A stretch of DNA of 64,000 nucleotides, taken from assembly GCA_963793265.1 (NCBI GenBank), contig CAWBZI010000007.1, positions 160,001-224,000 on the forward strand, written 5' to 3'. The notes under the pieces were generated by a model, which did not search any database, was not told where the DNA came from, and saw only the letters and a list, made by a program, of their open reading frames with translations. This document shows positions 19,306-28,081 of this stretch, one piece after another (position 1 is the first letter of the stretch; every line of letters starts with the position of its first letter). The stretch comes from an uncultured cyanobacterium (lineage in GTDB: Bacteria > Cyanobacteriota > Cyanobacteriia > Phormidesmidales > Phormidesmidaceae). The translations under genes were made by a program, and so were the position numbers.

Positions 19306-21071
19306 GGCTCTTACGCACTTTAGGTGATCCTTTCAAGTCACATGGAAAACAGACTGAAACCTCCTATCTCTGACGAATTCCATGGAACTCTTACAGCATC
19401 TACTTCCTAGCCAAACAGACATAGCTTTGAACCACTGGAACTTGAACGCAGCCACCGGGCAGATAGTCGTCCATCTGAGTTCAACGCAATCGGTGGCGCA
19501 ATGCCCACTTTGCCGTTGCGCTAGCCACCGCGTTCATAGCCACTACGAGCGCACCCTGAAGGACTTACCCTTAGCTCAATTCACGTTAGTGATACTGCTA
19601 GCGGTCAGCAAGTTTTTCTGCTTAAATGACAGCTGCCAACGCCGCATCTTCAGTGAACGTCTGCCGACTGTCGTTGCGCCTTGGGCGAGACGTACCGCTC
19701 GATATACTGAGAAGCTGAAAGCGATGGGATTGGCACTAGGGGGAGCAGCAGCGGCAAGATTAAGTTGCCACCTGAGCTATGGCTACAGCCGTGACGCAAT
19801 CCTGCGTTTGATTTCCACCTTACCGCTGCCAGTGATCGCCACCCCCCGCATCCTTGGCGTAGATGATTTTGCGCTCCGCAAAGGCCATGTCTACGGCACT
19901 ATCCTGGTTGACTTGGAAATCCGCCAACCGATTGCCCTGCTGCCAGACCGCACCGCTGAGACATTGGCAACGTGGCTCAAAGCGCATCCTGGCATCGAAA
20001 TCCTATCGCGTGACCGTTCCAAGACTTATAAACGCGGGATGAGCGAAGGCGCACCCGAGGCCACTCAAGTCGCGGATCGCTTCCATCTGTTGCACAACCT
20101 TGAGGAGACTCTAGAGAAAGTTTTCAAAAGCGAGTATTCAGCCCTGAAGGAAGTTGAACGAAGCCAGCTCGAAGCAGAGGCCGTATGCGTTTCTCAACCT
20201 TCTAATTTCATCATGGCTCGTCGAGAGAAACAAACGCAAAAGCGTGCCCAGCGCCTAGCGAATTATGAGCAGGTTCATGCTTTACGGGCGCAGGGACATC
20301 AGGTTAGTGACATCGCCTATCACCTCAGCATGGGTGAGCGCACTGTCTACACCTATTTGTCTCATTCGACCTTTCCAGAGTGGCAACCGACCGTCCATCA
20401 TCGTCGCCGCAAGAGCGAGCTAGATGACTACAAACCTTATCTCAAAGCGCAATGGCAGCAGGGGCATACAGTCACGAAAGAATTGTTTAAGGAAATTCAG
20501 CAGCAGGGCTATTCGGGCACCTACAAGAGCGTGACTTGCTACACGCGAAAGCTGCGCCAACAAAAGTGTGAGGCACTCAGTGAATTGCCGGGGCGAGGGC
20601 CTGCACCAAAAGTCAACGCTGCTGACAAAAAGCCTTTGAGTGCCTCGCGTGCAGCTTGGCTAATCATGCGCCGGGAGGAAACACTGACCACCGGGGAGAA
20701 GGCTATCATCGAACAACTGTCTCAGCATCCAAAGCTAGCAACACCTATCGCACTGACACGAGGTTTTCTATCACTGGTACGAGAGCGCTTACCTCAGCAG
20801 CTTGATAGCTGGTTAGAGCAGGCTAAGCATGGTGAAATACCTGCCTTTCAGAGTTTCTCGAAGGGAGTAGAAGAAGACTATGATGCGGTCAAAGCGGGTG
20901 TCACCTTAGAGGTCAGCAACGGGCAGGTAGAGGGTCAGAACAACCGCTTAAAGATGCTGAAACGACAGATGTTTGGACGCGCTGATCTCGATCTGCTCGC
21001 TAGGCGATTCATTCTGACTAGTTGATCTGTTTTTGGGTAAAAAGCTAGATCACCTAAAGTGCGTAAGAGCC
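19306..21071 (+). mobile_element. ISL3 family insertion sequence
   Basis: Perfect 24-bp IRs GGCTCTTACGCACTTTAGGTGATC (19306-19329 and 21048-21071) around the transposase. Confidence 0.9.
19382..21025 (+). CDS. ISL3 family transposase
   Basis: CPLC zinc finger, LGVDDFA, YGTILVDLE, SRDR, VADRFHL, SNGQVEGQNNRLKMLKRQMFGR. Confidence 0.95.
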   Translation: MELLQHLLPSQTDIALNHWNLNAATGQIVVHLSSTQSVAQCPLCRCASHRVHSHYERTLKDLPLAQFTLVILLAVSKFFCLNDSCQRRIFSERLPTVVAPWARRTARYTEKLKAMGLALGGAAAARLSCHLSYGYSRDAILRLISTLPLPVIATPRILGVDDFALRKGHVYGTILVDLEIRQPIALLPDRTAETLATWLKAHPGIEILSRDRSKTYKRGMSEGAPEATQVADRFHLLHNLEETLEKVFKSEYSALKEVERSQLEAEAVCVSQPSNFIMARREKQTQKRAQRLANYEQVHALRAQGHQVSDIAYHLSMGERTVYTYLSHSTFPEWQPTVHHRRRKSELDDYKPYLKAQWQQGHTVTKELFKEIQQQGYSGTYKSVTCYTRKLRQQKCEALSELPGRGPAPKVNAADKKPLSASRAAWLIMRREETLTTGEKAIIEQLSQHPKLATPIALTRGFLSLVRERLPQQLDSWLEQAKHGEIPAFQSFSKGVEEDYDAVKAGVTLEVSNGQVEGQNNRLKMLKRQMFGRADLDLLARRFILTS

Positions 21072-21203
21072 CGAAGTTAGTGTGATTTTGCATGGCACCT
21101 GCTGAATAGCACTTTCAATACTATTGGCACAAGAAGCACAGCTCATATCTTTGAGTTTGAGGGTAGTTGCACTCATCGGATTCTCCCCTGAATGAATATC
21201 TAA

Positions 21204-21235
21204 AGAATAGATCCTCTAGTTGACTAGAGAGTCCA
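21204..21235 (-). promoter_or_regulatory. MerR/CueR-type promoter of the Cu-ATPase gene
   Basis: Minus strand: -35 TGGACT and -10 TATTCT with a 20-bp spacer that contains the dyad CTCTAGT-TG-ACTAGAG (21214-21229). Confidence 0.65.
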
Positions 21236-21405
21236 GGGGCGCTGAGTAAATGTTCATAAAGGAATAGTTGGTTTTATTCTTTGGCTATAGGCGGCTCATT
21301 TGCCATGGATATTGCAAAGTCAAGGATTCGTTGTCTAGCAGCCTCAAAGTCTTCACTGAAAGATATGTCTCTCTAAAACAGGATGTAAGACTCTTCAGTG
21401 ATACT

Positions 21406-21732
21406 TTAAGAAGCGTATGCAATATCCTGATGTTCAGATTGATAGGCTATTGCAATTCGATCAGGAGAAATGCCGGACTCTATCAAGTTTTGGGCTACGC
21501 CACATTCCATTCCGTCGTACTCAATCACAACTCTTTCGTCCTGTAGCGTGATATAGATAAGGTTTCCTCGAACCCGTCGCCCTCTATCCCACCCTACTTG
21601 CATCAGAGCATAATGTTTCTGCTCATCGTCGAAGACGGTATCCAAACGGATATCGCCATGAGACGGTTTCAACCGAGCATATTGGTTGATGATATCTTTT
21701 ACGATGTTTGAGAGCTGCGTGGTGGAATCCAT
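21406..21732 (-). CDS. xisI: XisI family protein
   Basis: FDDEQKHYALMQVGWD...IEYDGMECGVAQNLIESGIS...IAIAY. Confidence 0.85.
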   Translation of the reverse strand: MDSTTQLSNIVKDIINQYARLKPSHGDIRLDTVFDDEQKHYALMQVGWDRGRRVRGNLIYITLQDERVVIEYDGMECGVAQNLIESGISPDRIAIAYQSEHQDIAYAS

Positions 21733-22166
21733 TGCTGAACCTCTACAGTTTTTCGATTAACGACAATCAAATTTAGCGGTAGCTCGCTAATAACGAGTTC
21801 TCCGATTGGTTCACTCAGAATTTGATCATAGTCTAAATCGTTGACTGCGAGATAAAGACGCCGACTTGGATCAATTTGGTCGAGCAATAGGCGATAGAGT
21901 ACATACTGACCAATGGCTTGCTCTAGAGACGCGACTGCTGACTGACCTCGAAATTCTTTGATTTCTACGGCAATTCTTTGACTGTTCTTAGCAGCGCCAA
22001 TAAAACGACCTTGCAAGCTGTTGGGCCTTTCCTTCGCAGTAGCAGCCAAATCAACGAACAAAAACCTTTCACCGTACGATATGACGTAGGGATCGTCTGT
22101 AATTTGCCATCCATCTTTGACTAAAGCCTGTTTAACTAGGTCGTGAATGGCATCTCTTCTTGGCAT
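21699..22166 (-). CDS. xisH: XisH family protein (PD-(D/E)xK fold)
   Basis: ALVKDGWQITDDPY, IAVEIKEF, AIGQYVLYR, RRLYLAV. Confidence 0.88.
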   Translation of the reverse strand: MPRRDAIHDLVKQALVKDGWQITDDPYVISYGERFLFVDLAATAKERPNSLQGRFIGAAKNSQRIAVEIKEFRGQSAVASLEQAIGQYVLYRLLLDQIDPSRRLYLAVNDLDYDQILSEPIGELVISELPLNLIVVNRKTVEVQQWIPPRSSQTS

Positions 22167-22186
22167 TATGAAAAGATTTTAGGGAA

Positions 22187-22229
22187 TGGACGTACGCCGA
22201 CTCGAACGGCGAACCTCATCGATGTCAAC
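22187..22229 (-). repeat. 3' half of tRNA-Val(GAC); att-like boundary of island A
   Basis: 43-nt direct repeat of 31319-31361 with one mismatch. Confidence 0.92.
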
Positions 22230-22388
22230 AAGGCTTTCTAGGCTCTGAAACCTAATCACACCAGAGGATTCAGAGGCCATCTTTTTTCTTGCACCAATTT
22301 TGCACCAATCTACATCATATGGCCTGTCACACATTTGGGTATCAATCACTATGCATTAGCCACGGTATAGAAAGCTTTGTTAAAGCGA

Positions 22389-22694
22389 TTAAACCGGCTG
22401 CTCTTGCTTAACAGTGACAGATAGCTTCAACCCTAGTTCATTCAGTAAGGTCAGAAGTGTAGGCAGTGCTGGCATTTCTGCTTGCTTTAACGACTGGTAA
22501 CATTCCTCCCAATCGGCATTGATTTTATGAGTGCCATCAGGTAACGTCCTACGAGCCTCGGCAACATTTCTGAGCGCCAGTGACACTTCTTCTGGATTGC
22601 CATCTTCAAAGACGGCATCTAGATAAGCGGCGGCTTCTTCTTTATCTTTTAGCGACTCAATTAGGTATGAGTGATAGCTTTTAGAGGTTTGCAT
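22389..22694 (-). CDS. Addiction-module antidote (antitoxin)
   Basis: LKDKEEAAAYLDAVFEDG...LALRNVAEAR; start set at ATG 22694, 4 nt after the toxin stop. Confidence 0.8.
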   Translation of the reverse strand: MQTSKSYHSYLIESLKDKEEAAAYLDAVFEDGNPEEVSLALRNVAEARRTLPDGTHKINADWEECYQSLKQAEMPALPTLLTLLNELGLKLSVTVKQEQPV

Positions 22695-22698
22695 CGTC

Positions 22699-23037
22699 TT
22701 AATTTTGAACTGACTTTTGAAAAGCCATCCAGTACTGCTGTGCTCTAAGGATATCTCTATTCTGAGTCTTTTTGTCTCCGCCACACAACAAAAGGATAAT
22801 ATGCTGCCCTGTTTGAGCAAAATAAATTCTGTACCCTGGGCCGTAGTTGACTCTAAGTTCCAAGACACCTTTTCCAACGGCCTTGAAATCACCCATATTA
22901 CCGAGTTCAAGCCTGTCCAAACGCTGCTTGATCTTGGCTTTTGCTTGCCGGTCTTTCAAACCTTCTAACCAATGCACAAATGGACAGCTTCCATCTGGCA
23001 GTAGGTACAAGCTAATTTCCTTTGGTGACGCATCCAT
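22699..23037 (-). CDS. RelE/ParE (HigB-like) addiction-module toxin
   Basis: RLELGNMGDFKAVGKGVLELRVNYGPGYRIYF...LLLCGGDKKTQNRDI. Confidence 0.92.
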   Translation of the reverse strand: MDASPKEISLYLLPDGSCPFVHWLEGLKDRQAKAKIKQRLDRLELGNMGDFKAVGKGVLELRVNYGPGYRIYFAQTGQHIILLLCGGDKKTQNRDILRAQQYWMAFQKSVQN

Positions 23038-23138
23038 CAATGACCTTTCGTCCTAGTAAAGATGAGGTAATAATACCGTCTCAACTAATTTACATCATAT
23101 AGTGTAAACTTTGATCGATGTAACTTGTTTGCTCATTG

Positions 23139-24644
23139 ATGCAATTTGACCGTGTCCGTCAATGGAATGGATCTGCTCAAGCGCTGACTGAAGAAATTCA
23201 GTATCAGCTCGGTTCGTTGAGCATTCCAATAGAGCCGCCTGCACTGCGAACGATTCGACTTTGGCGGTCTAAGAAGCTGCTCTCTCAGCCGAAGGGCAAG
23301 AAGTTTGGGTTTCGCCAAATCTTAGAAGGCTTGGCTACGGTATTGCTATTAAAAAGGGGCTGGACGCTATCGGCAATTGGGCAGGTCTTACCGAATTTTT
23401 CTGATGCTGATATCGAGAGGCAAATTCTGGCTGAGTCGGAAAATAGAGATCCTAATTGGTCAGCTGTGATCGCACAAAGCCCTACATTCGCAACCAGTTT
23501 GCGGAGCATTGCAGACATCGCAGAAGATGCAGTCGTTTTACTCGCTCAGGGCATTTTGAAACAGTACACGCGTGTTCTTAATCAAGAAATCGTACGGCAA
23601 GACGACCGTATCCCCTCCGAACTCTACAGGGCGATGTGTAAACTAGGTCGTCTATATATTGAGGAAGGATTACCCGATAAAGCCGCTTGTGTTCATACCG
23701 TACTCAATCACGCTCGACACAGTTTTAATTCAGAGATTTGGCAGTTAAAGGTCTTTAGCCAAGATGATTTTCGGTTTTCGGAGGTTGTTCTCATTGAGCC
23801 TGATTTATATGTACCTACGTCAGACTGTACTGAAATTGCTCAGGCTAATGGCGGCTGGGGAGAAGATAACGTCGTTGAGTATCGCTTATATCAAAGACTA
23901 AAAGCATCTACAGAAGAACTGGGCGCACGTAGGCAGCATCTTGGATACACTGCACTACGAGAACTCGCTGTCCGGCATTCTCTCATCACCGAAAAGGCAC
24001 TGTGGGAATATCTCGAAGATCATCAGTTGACGCCTCTTCAGGAGATGATTATTGGTACCTTCTTCGATCGAGTTCCAGAGAGCTGGCTAATCGAGGGAAA
24101 GGCAAATCGGTGTGCTCACTGTGGGACGTTGATGCATCCGCATCCCAACCGTAAACAATTTTCAAAAGGGCGGTGCCCTATCAGACAATGCAATAGTTGC
24201 TATCCACCCAAAGTCAGTGAGGCGATAGATCCAAGGCACCATCGTCTACTCATTGCGAAGCCTCAGATTTTGACCTATTGGACAGGCCCAGGCATTGATG
24301 AGCTTGCCATTTTCGATGCTGCGAAGAACCAAGGGCTGAAGGCTGAACTGTATCCCGAATCGGATTTGTGTGATGTGTCACTCGATGACTATGCAATTGG
24401 AATAGATGCAAAATCATATATCAGTCCAGTTTCGCTAGCGTTACGACTCAATCAGAGTATCGGTGGTCTTGGTTATTACCGTCGTCGCATTATTGCCATC
24501 AGCGATCAGCTTATTGCAGATAATCCAAGCTATTTATCAACTTTGCAGTCAACACTCTCAAAAAAAGGCGATCTAGAAACGCTGGAAGTCTTTTCTGTGT
24601 CTGCTGTGCTGAAGCTTTTGAAGGAGGTTGCTTATGCGAGTTAA
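23139..24644 (+). CDS. Restriction-endonuclease-fold protein of a pPIWI-RE-type island, with an N-terminal MerR-like HTH and a Zn ribbon
   Basis: N-terminal RTIRLWRSKKLL (MerR-like); CAHC...CPIRQC; YPESDLCDV...IDAKSY PD-(D/E)xK-like core; gene order. Confidence 0.75.
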   Translation: MQFDRVRQWNGSAQALTEEIQYQLGSLSIPIEPPALRTIRLWRSKKLLSQPKGKKFGFRQILEGLATVLLLKRGWTLSAIGQVLPNFSDADIERQILAESENRDPNWSAVIAQSPTFATSLRSIADIAEDAVVLLAQGILKQYTRVLNQEIVRQDDRIPSELYRAMCKLGRLYIEEGLPDKAACVHTVLNHARHSFNSEIWQLKVFSQDDFRFSEVVLIEPDLYVPTSDCTEIAQANGGWGEDNVVEYRLYQRLKASTEELGARRQHLGYTALRELAVRHSLITEKALWEYLEDHQLTPLQEMIIGTFFDRVPESWLIEGKANRCAHCGTLMHPHPNRKQFSKGRCPIRQCNSCYPPKVSEAIDPRHHRLLIAKPQILTYWTGPGIDELAIFDAAKNQGLKAELYPESDLCDVSLDDYAIGIDAKSYISPVSLALRLNQSIGGLGYYRRRIIAISDQLIADNPSYLSTLQSTLSKKGDLETLEVFSVSAVLKLLKEVAYAS

Positions 24645-27600
24645 GCCTGACTTTTGGAAAGGGCCGGATCAAATTTGCTGGCTTTGTGTCTTGATGGAGT
24701 TTTTTGTAGGAAGCCAGTCTTTAGAACATGCGCCTGCTGTAATGTCTGGGATGGAAAGTGTTTTGAATGCACCTGCGCTCGCGGATGCACGTCAGGCTGT
24801 TTTTAATTTGAGGCAGATGTCTTTAGCTTATGCGACACAGCGCTCAGTTGATCATGCGATCGCAGTCTATAACAACCATCACTATGTGAAAGGCACACAA
24901 GGCGTTTATAGAATTGATGCTAAGCAGCTAACTTTTGAAAGAACAGACCCTTTGGAAAACTCTTTAATTACGCAGGCCAAGGAACTTCTGCGATCTCCAA
25001 TTGCCTACCAGCCCAATACGGCTAAAGTTGCTGAGGCAAATCAAGGAATGAGTATTGCACTAGGGGCAGAAGCTACGTCCACAAGAATTCCAATTCCACC
25101 GATTGAAGTAGAAATCGCGCCAAGGCATTACCATTCGCTGAACCGACAGCCTTTAGGGGATATTCAGATTCCCCTAAAGGCATTAAAGTTGCTTGCCGTT
25201 GAGATGGATAAAAGGGAGTTGAAATATCCTGAACGGCGTCCTGGCCAATGGGCCAGTCGGTTAGACAGGTTTATGCTGACGGTGCCTACAGAAGTAGGTT
25301 TGCAATCAATAGACATCCTAAACTTGTCGGGCATAAAGCACCTGATCGGATTACCAGGCTCAGGAAAGACAACAATTCTCATTCTTGTAGCCGTATGGCT
25401 AGGGCGGAAAGATTACAAAGCAATGTTTGTTTTTCCCTCTATTGAAGTTGCCCGTCAATATATGGATGTTTTGCAGTTCCATACGGTTAAAGTCGGTATG
25501 TTGGTAGGGCAAAGCGATGAAACGCGCAGGCGACATGCTGATAATTTGGCAGAGGCGATCGCAGCAGCACATCCCAACAAAGGATTTGCTCACACGCTAG
25601 GCGTTGCCGATATTTTTAGCCTTAACTGTGTGCTACCGGCTTTTTCTAATGCAGACACCTCAATGTGGGGATTTGGCTACGCACCTTGCAATGCTGTTTT
25701 GCAAAGTGGTGCAAAAGGAAAGTTAAAACAGTGTCTTTGTCCACTTTGGACAATGTGTGGGCGTAATAAATCCGTACGAGAGCTGACAGATGCCAACATT
25801 TGGGTTGGCCATATTCGCTCTATGGATACGAAAGTCTCACCTCATGCCATCCAAGCTCAAATTCGATATTTTGAACTGATTGCCCGCACCTTTGATGTGG
25901 TGGTATTTGACGAGGCTGACATGGTGCAATCAGATTTAGATACCTACGGTGCCGCAACACTAAGTATTTCAGGATCGGAGAAATCTATTCACCGCACTAT
26001 TCAAGAACAAATTCACAATCGCTTTGCAGGCGAAGACAACCACCGATTAGCGGATCCTGATGTCGGAGCCTTTAGTCGGCACCTGGCGGAATTTGGAAAT
26101 CACAATAATGCGCTTGTCACTACGGTTCAAAATCTGAATGAATCTTATGTTGGAGAAAAATATGAGAACCAGCTACTCACCGTACTCAAAATTGTCAGTG
26201 ACCTGCTCAATGAGAATAATCAGCACTCAGATAAAGTAACTTCACATCAGGAAGAAGCTGATAAGGCGAAAATCTCTAGGCTAAAGATTGATCGCAGCCG
26301 AGCCTTGACAGATTTTTGGGAGACTGCTGCGTATGAGGCTTTTTACAACCGGACGAGTAGCAGTGTAGAAGAGTGGAAAAACTTGGCCTTTAATGCCACT
26401 ACTCTGGAAATTTCGGAAAAAGACTTGGAAAGGAAACGGAATAAGCTGATTCAGCACTTTCGGCGCTATCTGGCAGAAGATTTAGCCCAGCCAAGAGATG
26501 ATATAGCCCTAAAAATCTCTCGTTTCTACTTATCACTCTGCTTCCCTGAACACTCACCAACAGGAGAAAAGTCTGATGCTATCAAACTACTTATTGCCAT
26601 AACATTCGTTATTCTTGGCTATCAGCGCATTATTCCAGGAACCAGGGCGCTCGTTGCGGAAGGTCTTATTCGAGATCCTATTATTCAATCTACGGCTTCT
26701 AGGTCGCTACGGCGAATGATTCCTAGTAGCCTGCTCGGTTCACTCTCTGGCGTAAAATATACCTTTTCCAAGGCCCAAACAACCCGTAAAAACGCTAAGA
26801 ATGTAGAAATATCTTACATAGCATTTGTCGGAGCCCCCCGAATGCTGATGTACCGATTCCATCAGTTACTATCAGCAGACAATAACCATCCTGGGCCGGT
26901 AACCCTACTGACGTCTGCAACATCATTTTTGGAAGCTAGCCCCGCCTACAACGTCAATATCAAACCAGACTATCTACTCAAGCCCCGCGAGTCTTTGCAA
27001 AAAACAGAACCTAGTCGATATGAATTCAAGTGGCAGGCAGACAGCGAATGGAAAGGTCAGCCACTACGCTATAGCGGGGCTGGAGAGTACAGAGAGCGCA
27101 ATCTGAGAAAAATGGTGGAAGAACTGGTTAAAGGTGGAACTAGGGAAGGGGACAGCAGGCAATCTGAGATCTATAAATCTATCAATAACTTTGATGTTCG
27201 CGACGGGCAAAAGCGAAAAGCCGCGCTCATTGTAAACAGCTATGAGCAAGCGAGAATGATTAAAACATTTTTGAACAGATATTATCCAGAGACGGGACGC
27301 CGGACTAAAGCAGTTGTTCGATTCCTGAAAGATGGAGAGAAATCTGATGACTATGTAACCACAGGTCAATGCGAGTCTTTAGGTGATGACGATGCTTGCG
27401 ATATTATTATTTTTCCAATGTTAGCGATTGGGCGAGGGGTAAATATTGTGTTTACCCAAGGACCTCGGACACTGGATGCCGCCATTGGCTCTCTCTATTT
27501 TTTGACTAGGCCGCATCCTACCAGTGATGACATGCAGCTGTTGTATAGCTTAGCAGGACGGGCGACGCAGGCTTTTGATAATAAAGTGTTTGGGGAAGAA

Positions 27601-28071
27601 GATGTGGGTGTGATCGCCAAGTCTTGGCAGCAGGCTAGAAAAGACCTATGGAAAACAGCTAATCAGCTTCTACGTGAGCCTATTATGGCTAGTCGGCTAA
27701 GCCCTGAACTATTTAAAGCTTTCACCGCTAATCAAATGGTTGCCATTTTACAAACCATTGGTCGAGGGATGCGCAACGGTTGTCCGGTTGCCGTCTACTT
27801 TGTAGATGCTGCTTGGGCCATGAACTCTGCTGTGGGAAAAACCGACTCAGGCAGAGACAGCATGTTAGTTCAAATGCGCGTCATTTTAGAAGACTGTATG
27901 AATCATCCTGATCCGATTGATCGTTCAATTTATCAAGAACTCTATGGCGCTTTTTTAGAACCCTTAAGAAAAATCTCCGGCGTCAACTATCTCAGAGATC
28001 TACAGCATACTTCAGATGAAATATCTGAAACAGACGACTTCGATTCACATTCATATTTCTACGAACAGTAA
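24634..28071 (+). CDS. DinG-like SF2 helicase of a pPIWI-RE-type island
   Basis: GLPGSGKT, VVFDEAD, TSATS, AIGRGVNI, QTIGRGMR; Cys cluster after Walker A; AAGGAGG RBS before ATG 24634, which overlaps the upstream stop. Confidence 0.85.
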   Translation: MRVKPDFWKGPDQICWLCVLMEFFVGSQSLEHAPAVMSGMESVLNAPALADARQAVFNLRQMSLAYATQRSVDHAIAVYNNHHYVKGTQGVYRIDAKQLTFERTDPLENSLITQAKELLRSPIAYQPNTAKVAEANQGMSIALGAEATSTRIPIPPIEVEIAPRHYHSLNRQPLGDIQIPLKALKLLAVEMDKRELKYPERRPGQWASRLDRFMLTVPTEVGLQSIDILNLSGIKHLIGLPGSGKTTILILVAVWLGRKDYKAMFVFPSIEVARQYMDVLQFHTVKVGMLVGQSDETRRRHADNLAEAIAAAHPNKGFAHTLGVADIFSLNCVLPAFSNADTSMWGFGYAPCNAVLQSGAKGKLKQCLCPLWTMCGRNKSVRELTDANIWVGHIRSMDTKVSPHAIQAQIRYFELIARTFDVVVFDEADMVQSDLDTYGAATLSISGSEKSIHRTIQEQIHNRFAGEDNHRLADPDVGAFSRHLAEFGNHNNALVTTVQNLNESYVGEKYENQLLTVLKIVSDLLNENNQHSDKVTSHQEEADKAKISRLKIDRSRALTDFWETAAYEAFYNRTSSSVEEWKNLAFNATTLEISEKDLERKRNKLIQHFRRYLAEDLAQPRDDIALKISRFYLSLCFPEHSPTGEKSDAIKLLIAITFVILGYQRIIPGTRALVAEGLIRDPIIQSTASRSLRRMIPSSLLGSLSGVKYTFSKAQTTRKNAKNVEISYIAFVGAPRMLMYRFHQLLSADNNHPGPVTLLTSATSFLEASPAYNVNIKPDYLLKPRESLQKTEPSRYEFKWQADSEWKGQPLRYSGAGEYRERNLRKMVEELVKGGTREGDSRQSEIYKSINNFDVRDGQKRKAALIVNSYEQARMIKTFLNRYYPETGRRTKAVVRFLKDGEKSDDYVTTGQCESLGDDDACDIIIFPMLAIGRGVNIVFTQGPRTLDAAIGSLYFLTRPHPTSDDMQLLYSLAGRATQAFDNKVFGEEDVGVIAKSWQQARKDLWKTANQLLREPIMASRLSPELFKAFTANQMVAILQTIGRGMRNGCPVAVYFVDAAWAMNSAVGKTDSGRDSMLVQMRVILEDCMNHPDPIDRSIYQELYGAFLEPLRKISGVNYLRDLQHTSDEISETDDFDSHSYFYEQ

Positions 28072-28081
28072 TCAATCATCC

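Larger units (their letters stand above)
19263..21092. mobile_element. Composite insertion with TG..CA ends and a 5-bp TSD, containing an ISL3 element
   Basis: TGGCA direct repeats at 19258-19262 and 21093-21097; ends TGCATATTCACA and TGTGATTTTGCA. Confidence 0.85.
17068..21176 (-). pseudogene. Copper-translocating P1B-type ATPase interrupted near codon 28 by a 1.83-kb insertion
   Basis: Main part 17068-19262 has [32 protein letters not shown]. 5' part 21093-21176 encodes MSATTLKLKDMSCASCANSIESAIQQVP. Removing the insert and one TGGCA restores ...[13 protein letters not shown] in frame. Confidence 0.9.

Noticed and set aside
19263..21092. CAST/Tn7 transposon
   Set aside because: The ends are reminiscent, but no tnsB/tnsC/tniQ or cas12k lies in the window
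22695..22910. Long N-terminal extension of the antitoxin ORF
   Set aside because: Overlaps the toxin gene in another frame; ATG 22694 fits TA coupling
22311..23100. TACATCATAT direct repeat flanking the TA pair (22311-22320, 23091-23100)
   Set aside because: A 10-bp AT-rich match over this distance is plausible by chance, and no cassette ends are visible
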